This document shows positions 1 through 12,299 of a stretch of DNA of 64,000 bases, piece after piece (position 1 is the first letter of the stretch; every line of letters starts with the position of its first letter). Source of the DNA: Amphiscolops sp. MND2022 (Eukaryota); NCBI GenBank assembly GCA_964187785.1, contig OZ076409.1, positions 92,008,001 to 92,072,000 of the forward strand, written 5' to 3'. Under the pieces are notes generated by a model, which was given only the letters and a program-made list of their open reading frames with translations, searched no databases and was not told the DNA's origin. The position numbers and the translations under genes were made by a program.

Positions 1-289
1 AGATTAGGGTTGTTTCGTCGTATAGGTAAGGGTTGTGGTAGGGATCGCAGTCGTAGTCTGGGTCGAGTATGTATGTGAGAGGAGTTGAATTGGGAGGAAG
101 AGGGCGTCGGGTTGTATTGTAGAGTTGAGGGTTTTCTTGGTACCATTCTGGATATTGCAGTTTGTCAACGGTGGATTTGTTGAACTTGATGAGGCGCCTT
201 ATGAGCCATCTCTAAATCGTGGTCCTTCGGGGGTTCGGATGTTGTGTAAAATCGATAGTCGATGTAATCCCCGAAGCGAAGACGTGGCT

Positions 290-1647
290 TTAGGAGTTTT
301 TTGATTCCATATCTGGTGGTGCCATGGTTTGTGGCTGCTGCATAGGGATTGTTTGTAGTTGTTGTGTAATTGGAATGTTATTGGGGGGCGTTGTTTTAGG
401 TGTTTTCCACCATGAGGGGCGGTTTGCCCAATTCGCTCCTGAGAAGCAGTCTTTCGTTTCGTGGCTCATTTTGCCGCATGTCTCGCAGGGAGTGGATTGG
501 GTTGGAGCGTTTGTTTTTTGGGATCGTTTGTCCCTATTGGTTTTCCTGCAGTTTCGTAGGAGGTGACCTGGGTTGCCGCACCCAAAGCATGTTCCCGTTG
601 CTTGGGGGGATTGTTTTGTTGTTGTTGTGAACTGGGTTCGACGTTGTGGACTCCTGTGATTGAAAGACTGTCATTAGTAGCGAGTCCGTTGAGTTCGATT
701 TCTCGCTCAAAGTGTTGTACCATTGTCTCGTACGACTTAGTTTCTAGTCTGGCCTGGTTTAGGACCTTCTTGAGATGTGGTGGCGTTTTTGCATAGAAGG
801 AGGTTTCTATGAATCGGGGGGCGTCCTCTCCATATGCTTCTTGTGCTAGTTTTTGGTACTGCTCCAAGAAGTCTGGGAAGGTTTGTTGGCTTGGGTTAAA
901 TGACAGATTTTCCCATTTGCATCGTGCAGTTGCCACTGACTGCTGTCTGACGTATCTCCGGCGGAAGCCTGCTAGGATGTCGTTCAGGTGTTCGCGTGTA
1001 GCTTCCGTCATGTTCCTGATTGTTTGTAATGCTTCGCCTCTCAGGAGGGAGTGGAAGTAATGGATCTTTTCCTCCTCAGTGATATTCGGGTGCACTTTGA
1101 GGCTTGTTTGGAAAAGGTCTTCAAAGTGCTCGAACTTGTTCGTTTTCCCCTCGAAGGTTGGCATCGTGGTGGACATGGCTTTTGGTAGCCTGGGGAACCC
1201 TGAGTTGTGGGTGGTTGCCGTTTGCAACGATTGTAACAGTTTATCAATGATGTCATCGGGGTACCTCTGGTTTGGAGGTGGCAAACTTGATGATCGTTGA
1301 TGATTTTCTTGTTGGTTCGCCGAAACTCCTGTCACCATGTTGGAACTGACGTTCCTAGAGTTACTGCTAGATTCGAGGTTTCCAATTTGTTCAGGTTCGG
1401 TATCATGGTGTAGAATTGAACCCGAAGGTCAAGTCAGGTTTTCGATCAATCTCGAATTTTCTCTCTGACCAAATTCTGCGTCTCTTAATCTCTTGGATAG
1501 TCGATTCTCGATTTTGTTCGAAATATCTGAGAAATCTTGCTCGGTTAAATAAGTATTTTCATCAGAGACCTGGCTTGTTATCTCAGCGTTTTCCAAGCTA
1601 CTACTTTGGTCGCTCCTAAGTTTCCTCTTCTGGGATTTCTCAGGCAT
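290..1647 (-). pseudogene. gag: Frameshifted gag of Gypsy-1 (N-terminus MPEKSQKRK.. inside the LTR; capsid region 466-1338; zinc knuckle CETCGKMSHETKDC)
   Basis: ORFs 1429-1674 and 466-1338, plus a CCHC knuckle in another frame near 430-480; ends ..MESKNS-stop. Confidence 0.85.
1325..1337 (-). promoter_or_regulatory. Primer-binding site TGGTGACAGGAGT (tRNA-Leu-like)
   Basis: Immediately follows the LTR-terminal CA; same motif in Gypsy-2 and Gypsy-3. The Leu assignment is from resemblance to tRNA-Leu 3' ends and is unverified. Confidence 0.75.
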
Positions 1648-4600
1648 TGTCGAAAAGTTAAGATGTTTGAACAAGTCAATTCGTCTGGTTTAACGAGCGG
1701 ATGAACAATTCGAGAGTTTTCCGGAACAAAGTTGTTCGGATACACAGATGCATTTTCAAATCCAAAGAAAACGTTCACAAATAAATAAAAGAGTACAATC
1801 AATAATCAGGGAACTCAAAATTCAAAACTTGGAAATCACGAGTCAACGTCGAGTTTTTACAAAATCAAAGTAACAACAATTGTGTTTTCCCTTTTCCCGC
1901 ATCAGGTATATATACTTTACGCTAGACACGCGGGATAAATCCCGCGCGTGAATTCACACTTCGTTCTGCTCGGCGTCCTTCCGAGGCAAGAAAATCCAAT
2001 TTAGGTACGTTTCCTCGGGACTCGGCTTTCGGTTTCATCTCACTTTAAGGAAAAGTGGGAATCAACTTCCTGCCGAAGTCCCAATTCCGCGTACCTTTCT
2101 TCTTCATTTCCCGCCAATTCAAGACGCCGAACCGAAGTTAGCACTGAAATTCATGAACCTAGCTACTGACGCGGGAAATGAAATTTACATCGAAGAAATT
2201 TGAACTCTAAATAAAATAAACTGCACTAAATTGGGAAAATGGGATTTCAGGCAATATTAATCTCATCAACCGAACACAAAATGGTCAATTTTATGGGGTA
2301 ATTCACTGATCAAAATTCTGGTCGAATACCAGGGCGATTTGTTAAGTTGAATTTCCGGAACACTTGACCGGATATTGAACACCATAAATTAGCACAGGGG
2401 GGATTAACACAACTTTAATGGCTTCAGTAAGTATTATATGCCATTCAATCAATAATTAATTGGAACAAATTGATAATTAACACTTATCACAACGTAAATA
2501 ATTTTTCACTCATTTTCAACTAAACGGTTGCCCCGGCGGTCTACCCGAGGTGGTGTACTAACAACACGGTAATATTTTAACAGAAATACTGCAAAACGAA
2601 CGAAGTATTGCTTTGGTGGGAGAATCAGAATCAGGACAAATTAACTATATTATTTAAGTTACACTAATGATTAATGCACATTAATATTGATTATATTTGG
2701 TTGATTGTCCCGGTGGTTGTCCCGGTGGTTATCCCATTTTTGGAAAGTAGAGTTGGACGACCAGGCGGTTGACCTGAATATTAAAACAAATATTTTCATC
2801 GTTTAGATCCTTCATTATTTCCATCGGGTATTTATCGGTGGTTTGAGCTTCTTTGAGTTCTGTGTTCATATTAGAATAGTACAACATGTTATATAGTAAT
2901 ATTATTGCTTCAGTTATTTCAAGCGTGCGACCAGGCGTGCGTCCCAGCACTCGGTCGACTGGTAAGCTGCCTGGTATTGCTGATCAGCTAGCGCGGTGTA
3001 TTTGCGCTAATCGCTGATTGGTCCAATGAAATTAGAATGAAATTAGTCTGCTTTAGCTCCGTTGTTATTGTAGCGGTAAATTGATCAGCGTGCTGGCCGA
3101 GTTAATTTCGGTCGATATGCTGGTCGCTTTACTGTAAACAAATCACACTAATATTATTTAAGTCTTTTACATATTTATGTATTTTAGGTACTGCGCTGGG
3201 TTCATAATGTTTGTTGGATGGTTTAAATGGATTGTTTGTTAATTGTTTCTTTCAGGGTCAGTGATGTTCTTATTCGGTCCTTTTCTGGGTGATTTCTCCA
3301 TTCCCTTCCTTTGGCGTTCTCCTTGTATTCAGTATTTCGCTGCTCCCTGAGGGCTGCGACACTAAGGAAGAGATCAATGTCCTCTTTTTTGACATTAAGT
3401 CCAAAATGAATAGAATTCCACTGAAGAGGAGGTGAATGGTCGAAGTTATCCGAGTTTTTGACGTTATATCCGGAGAAATTGCGTTTCACTACGGAGGAAG
3501 CTAAGGTTGGAGAATAATTCGCCTCCTTGAAAAAGGTCCGCCGGTGAAATAAAAAGTTGCTCGAGAGAATCCTTGAAAACGCTTGAACTCTCTTGACTCG
3601 CTTTGAAGTACTTTTGTGCTTTTTGAGCCTTAGGCAGGGCGCCAAATTACGCCGTTCCCTGATTGTTTCTGCTTTTCCGGGCGGTACGTTGCCTTCGCCA
3701 TACTTGTTTGCTTAATTGAGAAGTGTAGCCGGCCTCAGTTTAACCTTACTTTCTTCGCAAAACGAGTGTGGCAGAAAATATCCGGTGCTTCTTGTTCATA
3801 TTGCTCACTTTCGCAGACGGAAGTCCTCGTAAGGAAGGAAACAGTTGGAAATGCTAGACCCCTACTTTTACGTTTCCCTTTGTTGCGAAGTTTTTGAAAC
3901 GCATCGAAGGGCACTAAAGTTGATTCATGTTTGTTATCAGTTATCAAAGAAGGCATTCAGTAGCCTGGAAGACAATTCACAAACGTGTGTTAAAACTCCG
4001 CCCTGGTGTGAAAATCATTTTCGTTTCCGCAGCAGAGGATGAAATATCTCCGTTTGCAGTGGTTTTAACACGATTGGTCTATTTTGGAACATTTTGATGT
4101 CATTTTTGGTTTTTAGATTTGAAAAAGCGTTTCTCGTGTCTGAAATGTAATCATCATTTCTTGTACATTTGAAAGTCATCACTGTGTTTTTTGAAAGACA
4201 GACAAAGGTTTGGACACGTGGATTATTTTGTTTTAGCAAATTTGTTTGAGTTGATTTGCCAATTCTGTTTTATATTCTCTAATGGGAGAAACGACCCAAA
4301 CATAATTAGACAGTTGAATAGTAGCTTTCTATTCTTTTAAATGTCTTTCGAACAAATTCAAAATGCACTTATAAATTGTTCATTGGTTCTTCTCATCTTG
4401 GTCTCTCTTTCTCCCGAACCAGATGAAATCGGTACCATTCATTTCTGTCCTAAGGCAAGGTTAGTCTTTAGGAAAAACAATTGTCCTTCAACTCAACTAT
4501 AATATGTTTGAACAAACTACCGTAATATACCACCCATCCAAGGCTTCAGAAAGCTTCCGCAGCAAATCTAAGCTTTTCACTTTCTCCTGTTAAGCGGTGT

Positions 4601-4659
4601 TTTTGAAACTAACTCAGGGCCCCAGTTGAATTATACTGACGCAAAACTCTCCCAATGAC

Positions 4660-6360
4660 ATCCAAATAACATTAAATTTTTTCACATCAATGTTCAAGAT
4701 GCAAAAACTAAACATAAAGATTTACATTTTGTAAACAACATGAGTGAAAACTAAGTGGTCGGTTTTTGCGAAACTTGGCTCACTGGAAACAAAGCAAAAC
4801 GTGTAGGATTTTTATCAAAACCCTTTCAAAACGTTTGGAAAAGATCTTTGGAAAAAACTATCAAAACAAAAGGCGGTGGTGTTGTGATACTTGTGCCAAA
4901 ACTCCTGAATCACAAAGAACGCCATGATTTTAGCCAAATGGACCCGCTTTTTCCGAAAGTCTCTGCATCGACTGCAATTTGCCTTGTTAGCTCATTAATA
5001 TTGTCCTCAAAAAGGTCCTAAAGTTTCCTTCATTGAACAACTAGCTTGAAGTATCGATAAGGCTATTACTGAAAGTTTCCCTATTACCCTTATGACTGAC
5101 TTCAACTTGAATCATCTCAGCCACAGAGCAAAAACTGAATTAAATAAACTTAAAGTTCTTTATAATCTAACACCTGCTGATACGATTATACCTCCCTGAG
5201 AACATGAAAAATCTAAGACTCTCCTTGACTACAATATTCTAGACAATGATTTGTTCACCTGAACTGTCTGGTAACTGAAACTAAATCCGAAGTCGATCTT
5301 TTTGCAACGCTTCTGATTTCCAACCGAAAAAGTCTTCAAGTTCATTTTTTCGATCCCAACTCCTACAAATTTCAGCATTTACGCCATACTTTGGGCCCAG
5401 TTTTTCAGACAAACACGCGCAGAATACCATTTCACTGTTTTTAGTTCGATACGTTGAGAACGTGCTCCGCTAATCACCGTGTTTCATAAAATAACAAAAG
5501 CAAATCCGAACGCAAAAAACTTGAATTTGTTTGGTAGGTGAAACAATTACAACGGAAAAAAACGATGCGAGGAAGATCAAAGTGACAAATGTGACATTTA
5601 AAGTCTATGAGAAAAAACTTAATCATTCATTGTAGCAGATCAGCTGAAGTTGAGACGGCAATTAGTTGTAGCATCGAATTATGAAGAGAACTGGAAGTTC
5701 ATTAATGAGCTACGCTGTTTCGATATATCAGCAACACTCTCGATTCACTTTATCAATCTCTGCGTGATTATTGATAATAAGGCCTCTCAATAACAGAGAA
5801 ACCGCGAGTCCGAAGTCAAAGAAAAGTCTTCTCCATTGGATACATTACTAATGAGGACCGTTTTGATGCTTCGAGAAACCTAAAAAGAAACAAATATCTG
5901 GGTCGGTCCAAAATACCCGCGTGTGCATTGAAAGACGGTGCCCACGGTGCTGAAAACTTTTGGTTTAAGTTTGCTTCATTTTGAAACGATGCATTTATTT
6001 GCTTCATTGAGTTTTTCAGAATGGAAAGTGTCCAATGTTTCTATATCTCAACAATTTTCATTGGTTTATCGAAAGCATTTACTCCAATCAACCACAATAC
6101 GCTGCTTAAAATCCTTCTTTCGTGGGCATCTACGACCTCTCCTGCCACATGATTGAACGATTGTTGAGAGATAGAAAAAGAAGAGTTTTCAAATGATTTT
6201 TACGATTTGCTGAATGGCCATCAGGGCGTTTAACAAGGAACAAGTTTTGGTCCCCTCATGTTCAATCAAAATGCGAACAACATCTATCATTGCAAAGAGT
6301 AAGATTGTCATATAACCCAAAACTTAGATGACAGAATGATGTTTGCGGAACAGAATGAAC
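4660..6360 (+). pseudogene. Highly decayed CR1/L2-group LINE ORF2 (APE endonuclease and RT remnants)
   Basis: Scattered motifs FFHINVQ, VGFCETWL, GGGVVILV, TDFNLN and GV.QGTSFGPLMF across stops and frameshifts. Confidence 0.7.
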
Positions 6361-6419
6361 AGAAACAAGCCGGGAACAGCCAAAGCCAGCACTAAACCTT
6401 AGGCTCAAAAAGCACCGAA

Positions 6420-6960
6420 GCTCTTTAAATTGTAAAGGGGACCCTTTGGGCTTTTTGAAACTCCAGTTTGTTGGAAATTAACAAAGAAAATTTACGAGGG
6501 GACCTCTTTGGAGACCTTGAAAAAACTTCGAAAAAAAATCAAAACTCGAGATTTTCGAAGTGTAAAGTTGCAAAAATTGTGAATCAGGGACCCTTTGGGA
6601 TTTTTTTGCATCCATTCTGTTGCAAAAGTCTGAAACAAATGAAAGGGGCACCATTTGGTGCAACCCAAGCATTTTTAAAAAGTCTCATAGTCCCGAAAAA
6701 ATCCAAGTGAAAACTCCAAGATAGCCAAACGAGGGATTTTTAGTATGTCTTCGAGGTTTGTTCTGAATGTAGTTTTTTTTTCGTTTTGGACAAAATTCTG
6801 AGGTTCGAGTGTTCTGAATCTTCGTAGTTGAAGTTGATGTGTTGAACAAATGAACGATAAAGTGGACATTAGGCGTCTAAAAAAACTATCCACTGTAAGA
6901 ATGGGACACTTATGTTCAAAAGCGCCCACTAAAAACATCTAAAGCGAGGCATTTTGATAT
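6420..6960. repeat. Interspersed non-coding repeat family with internal GGGACCCTTTGGG...CATCCATTC units (other copies about 46050-46370, 48820-49143, 51960-52030, 56280-56580)
   Basis: Shared words gggaccctttggg, catccattc, tctaaagctcaaaaatagc and aaaagtgcccact recur at these positions. Confidence 0.65.
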
Positions 6961-7164
6961 AGGTTTCATTTCTAAAAAAAGCTGGATAAAAAACACTCCA
7001 AAGGATAACCATTTGAGCTCGAAGCTTGTGCTATCTTTACAGAAATCATAACAAAATCAAAAGGACGAATCTCTAGTCAGATAAATAATTTAAAAAAACC
7101 CTTTCCAACCCCAGTCAGACAACAGCGGTGACCATTAGTCCAAGTTGCGAGTACGTTTTATTGC

Positions 7165-7248
7165 AAAAACTAGGATTATTTTACAAAAAGCAAACTAGGA
7201 TTATTTTACAAAAAGCAAACTAGGAATCTTGCTCAAACTAGGATTTTT
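7165..7248 (+). repeat. Short tandem repeat, about 25-bp unit AAACTAGGATTATTTTACAAAAAGC
   Basis: Two full units plus degenerate partial units visible. Confidence 0.8.
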
Positions 7249-7785
7249 CCTTCCTTCTTATCTAGAAAAAAAAACAAAATAACATTGCGGGAAACAACTT
7301 GCGGGAGAATTCAAATTCGATGGAGGTTTCAAAACCATCCGCATGATGATGTTCAGCTCCAAAATTTCCGATCTATGGGACCCCATCACAATTTCATTTC
7401 CCGCAATCAAGGGCAAGATTCAAAAAAACACTCTTCTTTCAAAGCGACGCTTCAGCCATTTGTTTAAGTTTATCTAGTTCAATAATTCTGTAGTTGGAGG
7501 ATGGCATATTCGCAAGACTCAGAGTTACACAAAACTAATAATAATAATAATAATAATTGAATTTATCAGGGTGCGCTGTATATATAAGCATCATATAAAA
7601 TTATAAACATAAAAGTGCAAACATAAAATAATTTAGCCCCTGAAAAGGCTTCCTATAAGCACTTAGGCTTTTCAAGAGGAAACCTTTTGAAATGATTTTT
7701 TTGTGTTTTTTCAGTTTTTTGTGTGTGTGTGTGGTAGAGATTTGACATTTAATTAACCGTTTCAATCTATCCAGCTGAAAAAATT

Positions 7786-10597
7786 CTAATTGCATATAAG
7801 ATCAATCAAGTCACCATTTCCAAAAATGTAGAGATCTGCAATTTGGTGGTAGTAATTTTGAAAACAGTTTTCGTCCATTTCGCATATCAGTTCGTCTGTA
7901 AATAAAACACCCCACTTGCGCAATGCATTGATGAGTATGATTGCCCGAGAATCTAGCCTATCATTTTCTCCTGTGCGATTCCATATATTTAGACTACCAT
8001 TTCTTGTTTGTCTATTTTGCGTTCCAATGCAAAGACTTTTGAAACCATTTCGTATCTGGTTAAGGGAAAATTTGAAGATTTCATAAACATGATACTCAAA
8101 CACTGTTCTAATTTTTAATTCGTTGAATTTTTCAGTAACACTAGTTCTGGTTGGAAGCCTTAAAGCTATCCTCATTAGTTTTTTTGTAATAAGAAAATTT
8201 TAAGCAATTTAGTTTTTGGGCCCAAGCCATACAGAAGCACGCCATACTGAACCAGAGGTGATATAAACGATCGAATATATTGTACTAACTGTTTTTCGTT
8301 CAACGTTGCCCTTAATTTGTACAAGATTCCGCTTTGTTGCGCCAATTTGGCAATAACATGATTAATGTGCTCTTGGAAGTTCAATTTTTTATCGAAATGT
8401 ATACCCAAGTATTTATAACTCTCACAAGAGGAAACTTCATGATCCCCAATAAAAATGTTCGGTTACTTCACAGATTTCTTCTCAAAAACGACAAACTTTG
8501 TTTTCGTGTAATTGCAATCCAAGCGATTCATTTCTGTCCAATTTTGGAACAAAGTTTTATCATCAGACTTTGTATTTAGCTTTTCGATCATAACTGTATC
8601 ATCCGCATACTTTATTATTTTACTCTGCCATTTTTCATCGGCGCCCAAATCATTAATATAAACAAGAAATAAGAGAGGGCCAAGTATAGATCCCTGTGGG
8701 ACTCCACGTTTTATTAATTTCATGGATGAGCATTTATCCTCAATTTTCACATACTGACACCTATTCGTTAAGTAACTCGTTAGGAGTTTATGAGAAATCC
8801 TCTGATACCGATTCGATTCAATTTATTCAACAGAACGCTGTGATCAACTGCATCAAAAGCTTTCCTGAAATCAATAAAAACAGAGTTCGTTTTAATTTTG
8901 GACCTCCAATTTGCTTCTATTTCTTTAAAAAGTGATGTTGCGGCTTGGATAGAATCTTTCTTTTTTCTGAACCCATATTGATTTTCCGAAAGAGTTCCAA
9001 ATTTTTCAAAATAGTTCATCAATCTTTTGTGTATTACCTTCTCGAAGAGCTTTGATAAATTACCCAGAATAGAAATCGGCCTGTAATTGGAAGCTAAACT
9101 TGTTGCACCAGCTTTAAAAATTGGTATTACTTTAGCAATTTTCATACTTTGAGGAAACACTCCTGCGTATATGCAATTGTTGAAAGCAGTTTTTAGATAA
9201 GGACTAACAATTCGGGAAGCTTTCTTTAATACGGCGACCTCAATGCAATCCATGCCAACAGATTTTTTGTTTTTCAATGTGGAAATGTGTTTCGAAACTT
9301 CATCCTCAGTAACTGGGCGCATGAATATTGATTGCGGTTGTTCAACCTGCTGACTTTTAAAACAATGAGTTAATATTGTGTCTGAGGTATCAGCAGCAGT
9401 TATGAAATAATTATTAAAATCTTCTGCAGATAAATCACATTTTGCTACTTGATTCAAAGTGCCTTTCACCTTTTTTATGTATCTGAAAAATTCTCTCGAA
9501 TTATTGCGGTCAATTCTAGATTGAACTTCATTCCGCTTTGCGTTTTTAATTTCCATATTGACTTCATTTCTTTTTTTCCTGTACTTCTCGTAATCAACAG
9601 ATGATTTTGTTTTTAACCATAAATGATAATGTTTATCTCTATTTGCTATGTGCCTCTTAATACAATTTGTTATCCAAGACTTTTTGGGTTCATGGCGTTT
9701 CACTTGCTTGGTTGGGAAATATTTATCAGTTGAATCTTTGATTACATGCGCGATCTCTTCTAGATATGATTCGGCATCTGAATCTTGTTCATTAATTTTA
9801 CCCAACGAATGATTCAAGAAGAAAAGGAATTTTTCACAGTAAAAAGAGTCTTCTAATTTCTTGAGTGATCGATATTCAAAGATGTTTTCCGCAATTTCAT
9901 AAAAAATTTCGAAAGACAGTTCTAAGCTGTAATGGTCAGAGAATGTTGTTTTTTTAATCTGCGTTAGTTGCACCGGAATATTGCTGTATATGGAGTCTAT
10001 GCAAGTACTAGATGTAGCAGTTTCTCTTGTAGGTTGTCGCAAGCTAACCAATTCCAACCCTTGGGCTGTCATCAAATTTTCTAACGTTATCCGTGCTGCA
10101 AGGTTTTCGTTTAACAAATCAATATTGAAGTCTCCACAAGCTATCTGCATACCTTCACCATTTTTATCCAATACTTCTTCAACATGGTCCAGATACTGAC
10201 TTCTATTCCTCGACGGTTCACAATAGAAACAAGAAACTATTATTTTCTTTTTCTTTTTGAAGTCACTAATTTTTACAGATAATGACTCGTAGGCTTCATC
10301 CGTGTGAAGTAATTCAGCTTCCAGGTCCGATGTAACATAAATTGCTACACCTCCACCTCGTTTGCGGTTTCTGGTGCTAGCGAAAGGTCTTTGGTATCCT
10401 TCGAGACAATACAGTCCTGCTTCATTTTCGTTTTTCCACCATGTTTCGGTTAATGCGATTACGGACGGCTTTGTTTGTGCAACCAATATTTCAAGATCTT
10501 CTAAATTTGCAGATACTGATCTTATATTATTATACAGAAAAGTCAACCCCTCTACCACACGTTTTTTAAAGTTTTTATTTGAATGTTCTGTCAGCAT
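7786..10597 (-). pseudogene. LINE ORF2p (APE endonuclease + reverse transcriptase) with two 1-bp homopolymer frameshifts and one in-frame TAA
   Basis: Motifs YNNIRS, LTETW, GDFNIDL, CIDSIY, FSDHY, YRPIS, DFRKAFD, GVPQGSILGP, YADD, YLGI. Breaks near 8790, 8463 and 8180. Confidence 0.92.
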
Positions 10598-10679
10598 TAA
10601 TTGCAGTCAAATGTGTTTTTTTAAGGTTTGTTTTTGCATTTGCGTTTCGTCAGCGTTACATTGTTATTTCTATATTTTT

Positions 10680-11519
10680 TTAGGACATTTGACCGCAATT
10701 GGATGATGTTTGTTCATCTATTTCTGGTTGAACAGTTCCAAGACAAAGTGCTTTTAGAGTTGCCATCCCTTCTGCATCTGGTGAGCTTCGTATTCGTTTC
10801 AGTGCACTTTTTAGTTGCAACTCCATACCGGACTTTTTGGGTGCAGGAGTAGAAAACACAGTTGCTGATTTGGCAGGCTCCAATTGTTTCTTTTTCACAG
10901 CACAATGTTTGATATCTTCAACTGCTTGTACGCTTTTTACCACCACTGACTTGAAGGTATTATCCTCATTTTTCATAAAGACTTTCACATTGCAATTTTG
11001 GGTTGTTGTTATTAGACCGAAATCGTCAGCTTTCTGCTTGATAGACCTTTGTTGGGGTGGAAGCCTCTCCTTCATGTAGATTGGTTTTCGATTGATTGGA
11101 TTTAGCGCTCTTGCCAACCATGATTTACGGCCAAAAATCTCGTTTTTTTGATTGAAATATATAAATTTCACTATAATTGCAGGGGGATAGTTGCTATTTT
11201 TCCAGGGGCCCAGAAAATGGCAGGCCTTGAAATCCGATGGGTGGGCGGAAAAGCTCAGAAATCGTCGAAAAAAGTCACATACCTGTAGTTCCAGTTGTTC
11301 AAAATTCGGATTGAGCGGGGCATTCTCAATTATGATGCAGTCTTTGGAGGAATAAACCTCACACTCGTTAACCCTTACCTCCAGATCCGATACCCGGTTC
11401 TCCAAAGATAGTATTTTCTCGTCCTTAATAGATAATTGCTCCAATAGATGTGATAATAAGGATCGTAAATTGGAATTTTCAATGTTCTGTAATGCATTTT
11501 CGACATTAAGTTCAGACAT
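10680..11519 (-). CDS. LINE ORF1p (coiled coil plus RRM-like nucleic-acid chaperone), 279 aa, intact
   Basis: Heptad region LENRVSDLEVRVNECE, then DCIII..AIIVKF..IYMKERL, typical of CR1/L2 ORF1; directly upstream of ORF2. Confidence 0.8.
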   Translation of the reverse strand: MSELNVENALQNIENSNLRSLLSHLLEQLSIKDEKILSLENRVSDLEVRVNECEVYSSKDCIIIENAPLNPNFEQLELQVCDFFRRFLSFSAHPSDFKACHFLGPWKNSNYPPAIIVKFIYFNQKNEIFGRKSWLARALNPINRKPIYMKERLPPQQRSIKQKADDFGLITTTQNCNVKVFMKNEDNTFKSVVVKSVQAVEDIKHCAVKKKQLEPAKSATVFSTPAPKKSGMELQLKSALKRIRSSPDAEGMATLKALCLGTVQPEIDEQTSSNCGQMS

Positions 11520-12299
11520 ATTTGAGCGGTCAATGTTTTAATTTCACCAAGAATAAGAACTATTACGTAACAATGAAGCTAAACGAACGCGACCGTTTTC
11601 TAGCTATGCATGTTCTCTTTTTTCTATGCATGTTCTCTTTTTTGTGCTCACTTTCCAATCGTGTTCACCGAAATTCAGGAAACACCATCAATTAGTACTC
11701 TTAGTAGTAAATGTTCTTTAAAATACTCGAAAGTTATGGCGAAATTTTTAATGAATTAGAAAATGACCGAAAAGCGAACTTTGTTGTCAAGTGACTATCT
11801 TCATCATCGTCACCTGCGAGAAGATATATGAATTCTTTTCAAAATTATGGCCAGTGCGTGTATTTTAATGATGCTGATTTTTCACAAGCCGTTTATCAGG
11901 CCAAAAACGAGTACTGGAAATGTATGATTAGATGAAACTTGAAATAGAAACATTCTGAACAAAAAACTCGTCTCTCCGAACTGCGTTTCAACCAGTCAGA
12001 AGACTTAGATTCTTGAATCTAATAAAGACAGCTCCTACGAGATGACCTGAAGTAGAAAGACGATCGAATGAAAAAAACAAACAACGTTAATCGAACTCAA
12101 AAATAGATCAATGAATAACCAAACACTTCATCGTGCTCAATCCAAGTGAATCAAAAAGCTATGCACGTACTCGGAGCACTGGGATGGAAACTGCATGGCA
12201 GTATAAAATACTGTATCCAGCGGCGTGCTGTTCTGTGATTGGCCAGCAACATGCTGTATAATAAAGCAGATTAGAGTAGGATTTGTTGACACATAACAC

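Larger units (their letters stand above)
1..3200 (-). mobile_element. Gypsy LTR retrotransposon 1, 5' part (5' LTR from 1338, PBS, gag, start of pol); runs off the left edge; outer LTR boundary not resolved
   Basis: Gag homologous to those at 31428-32885 and 58459-60164 (MPTFEGK..FEHFEDLF..EKIHYFHSLLRGEAL). The LTR end CA directly abuts PBS TGGTGACAGGAGT. The right limit is approximate. Confidence 0.85.
7536..11600 (-). mobile_element. Near full-length CR1/L2-group non-LTR retrotransposon (ORF1 + ORF2, (TTA)7 tail)
   Basis: ORF1, APE-RT ORF2, short 3' UTR and microsatellite tail at 7536-7556. The 5' end is approximate and no TSD was found. Confidence 0.9.

Noticed and set aside
4651-4660. 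TGTCA at 4660 as the outer end of the Gypsy-1 LTR
   Set aside because: Cannot be confirmed without the partner LTR or TSD, and it coincides with the start of the decayed LINE.
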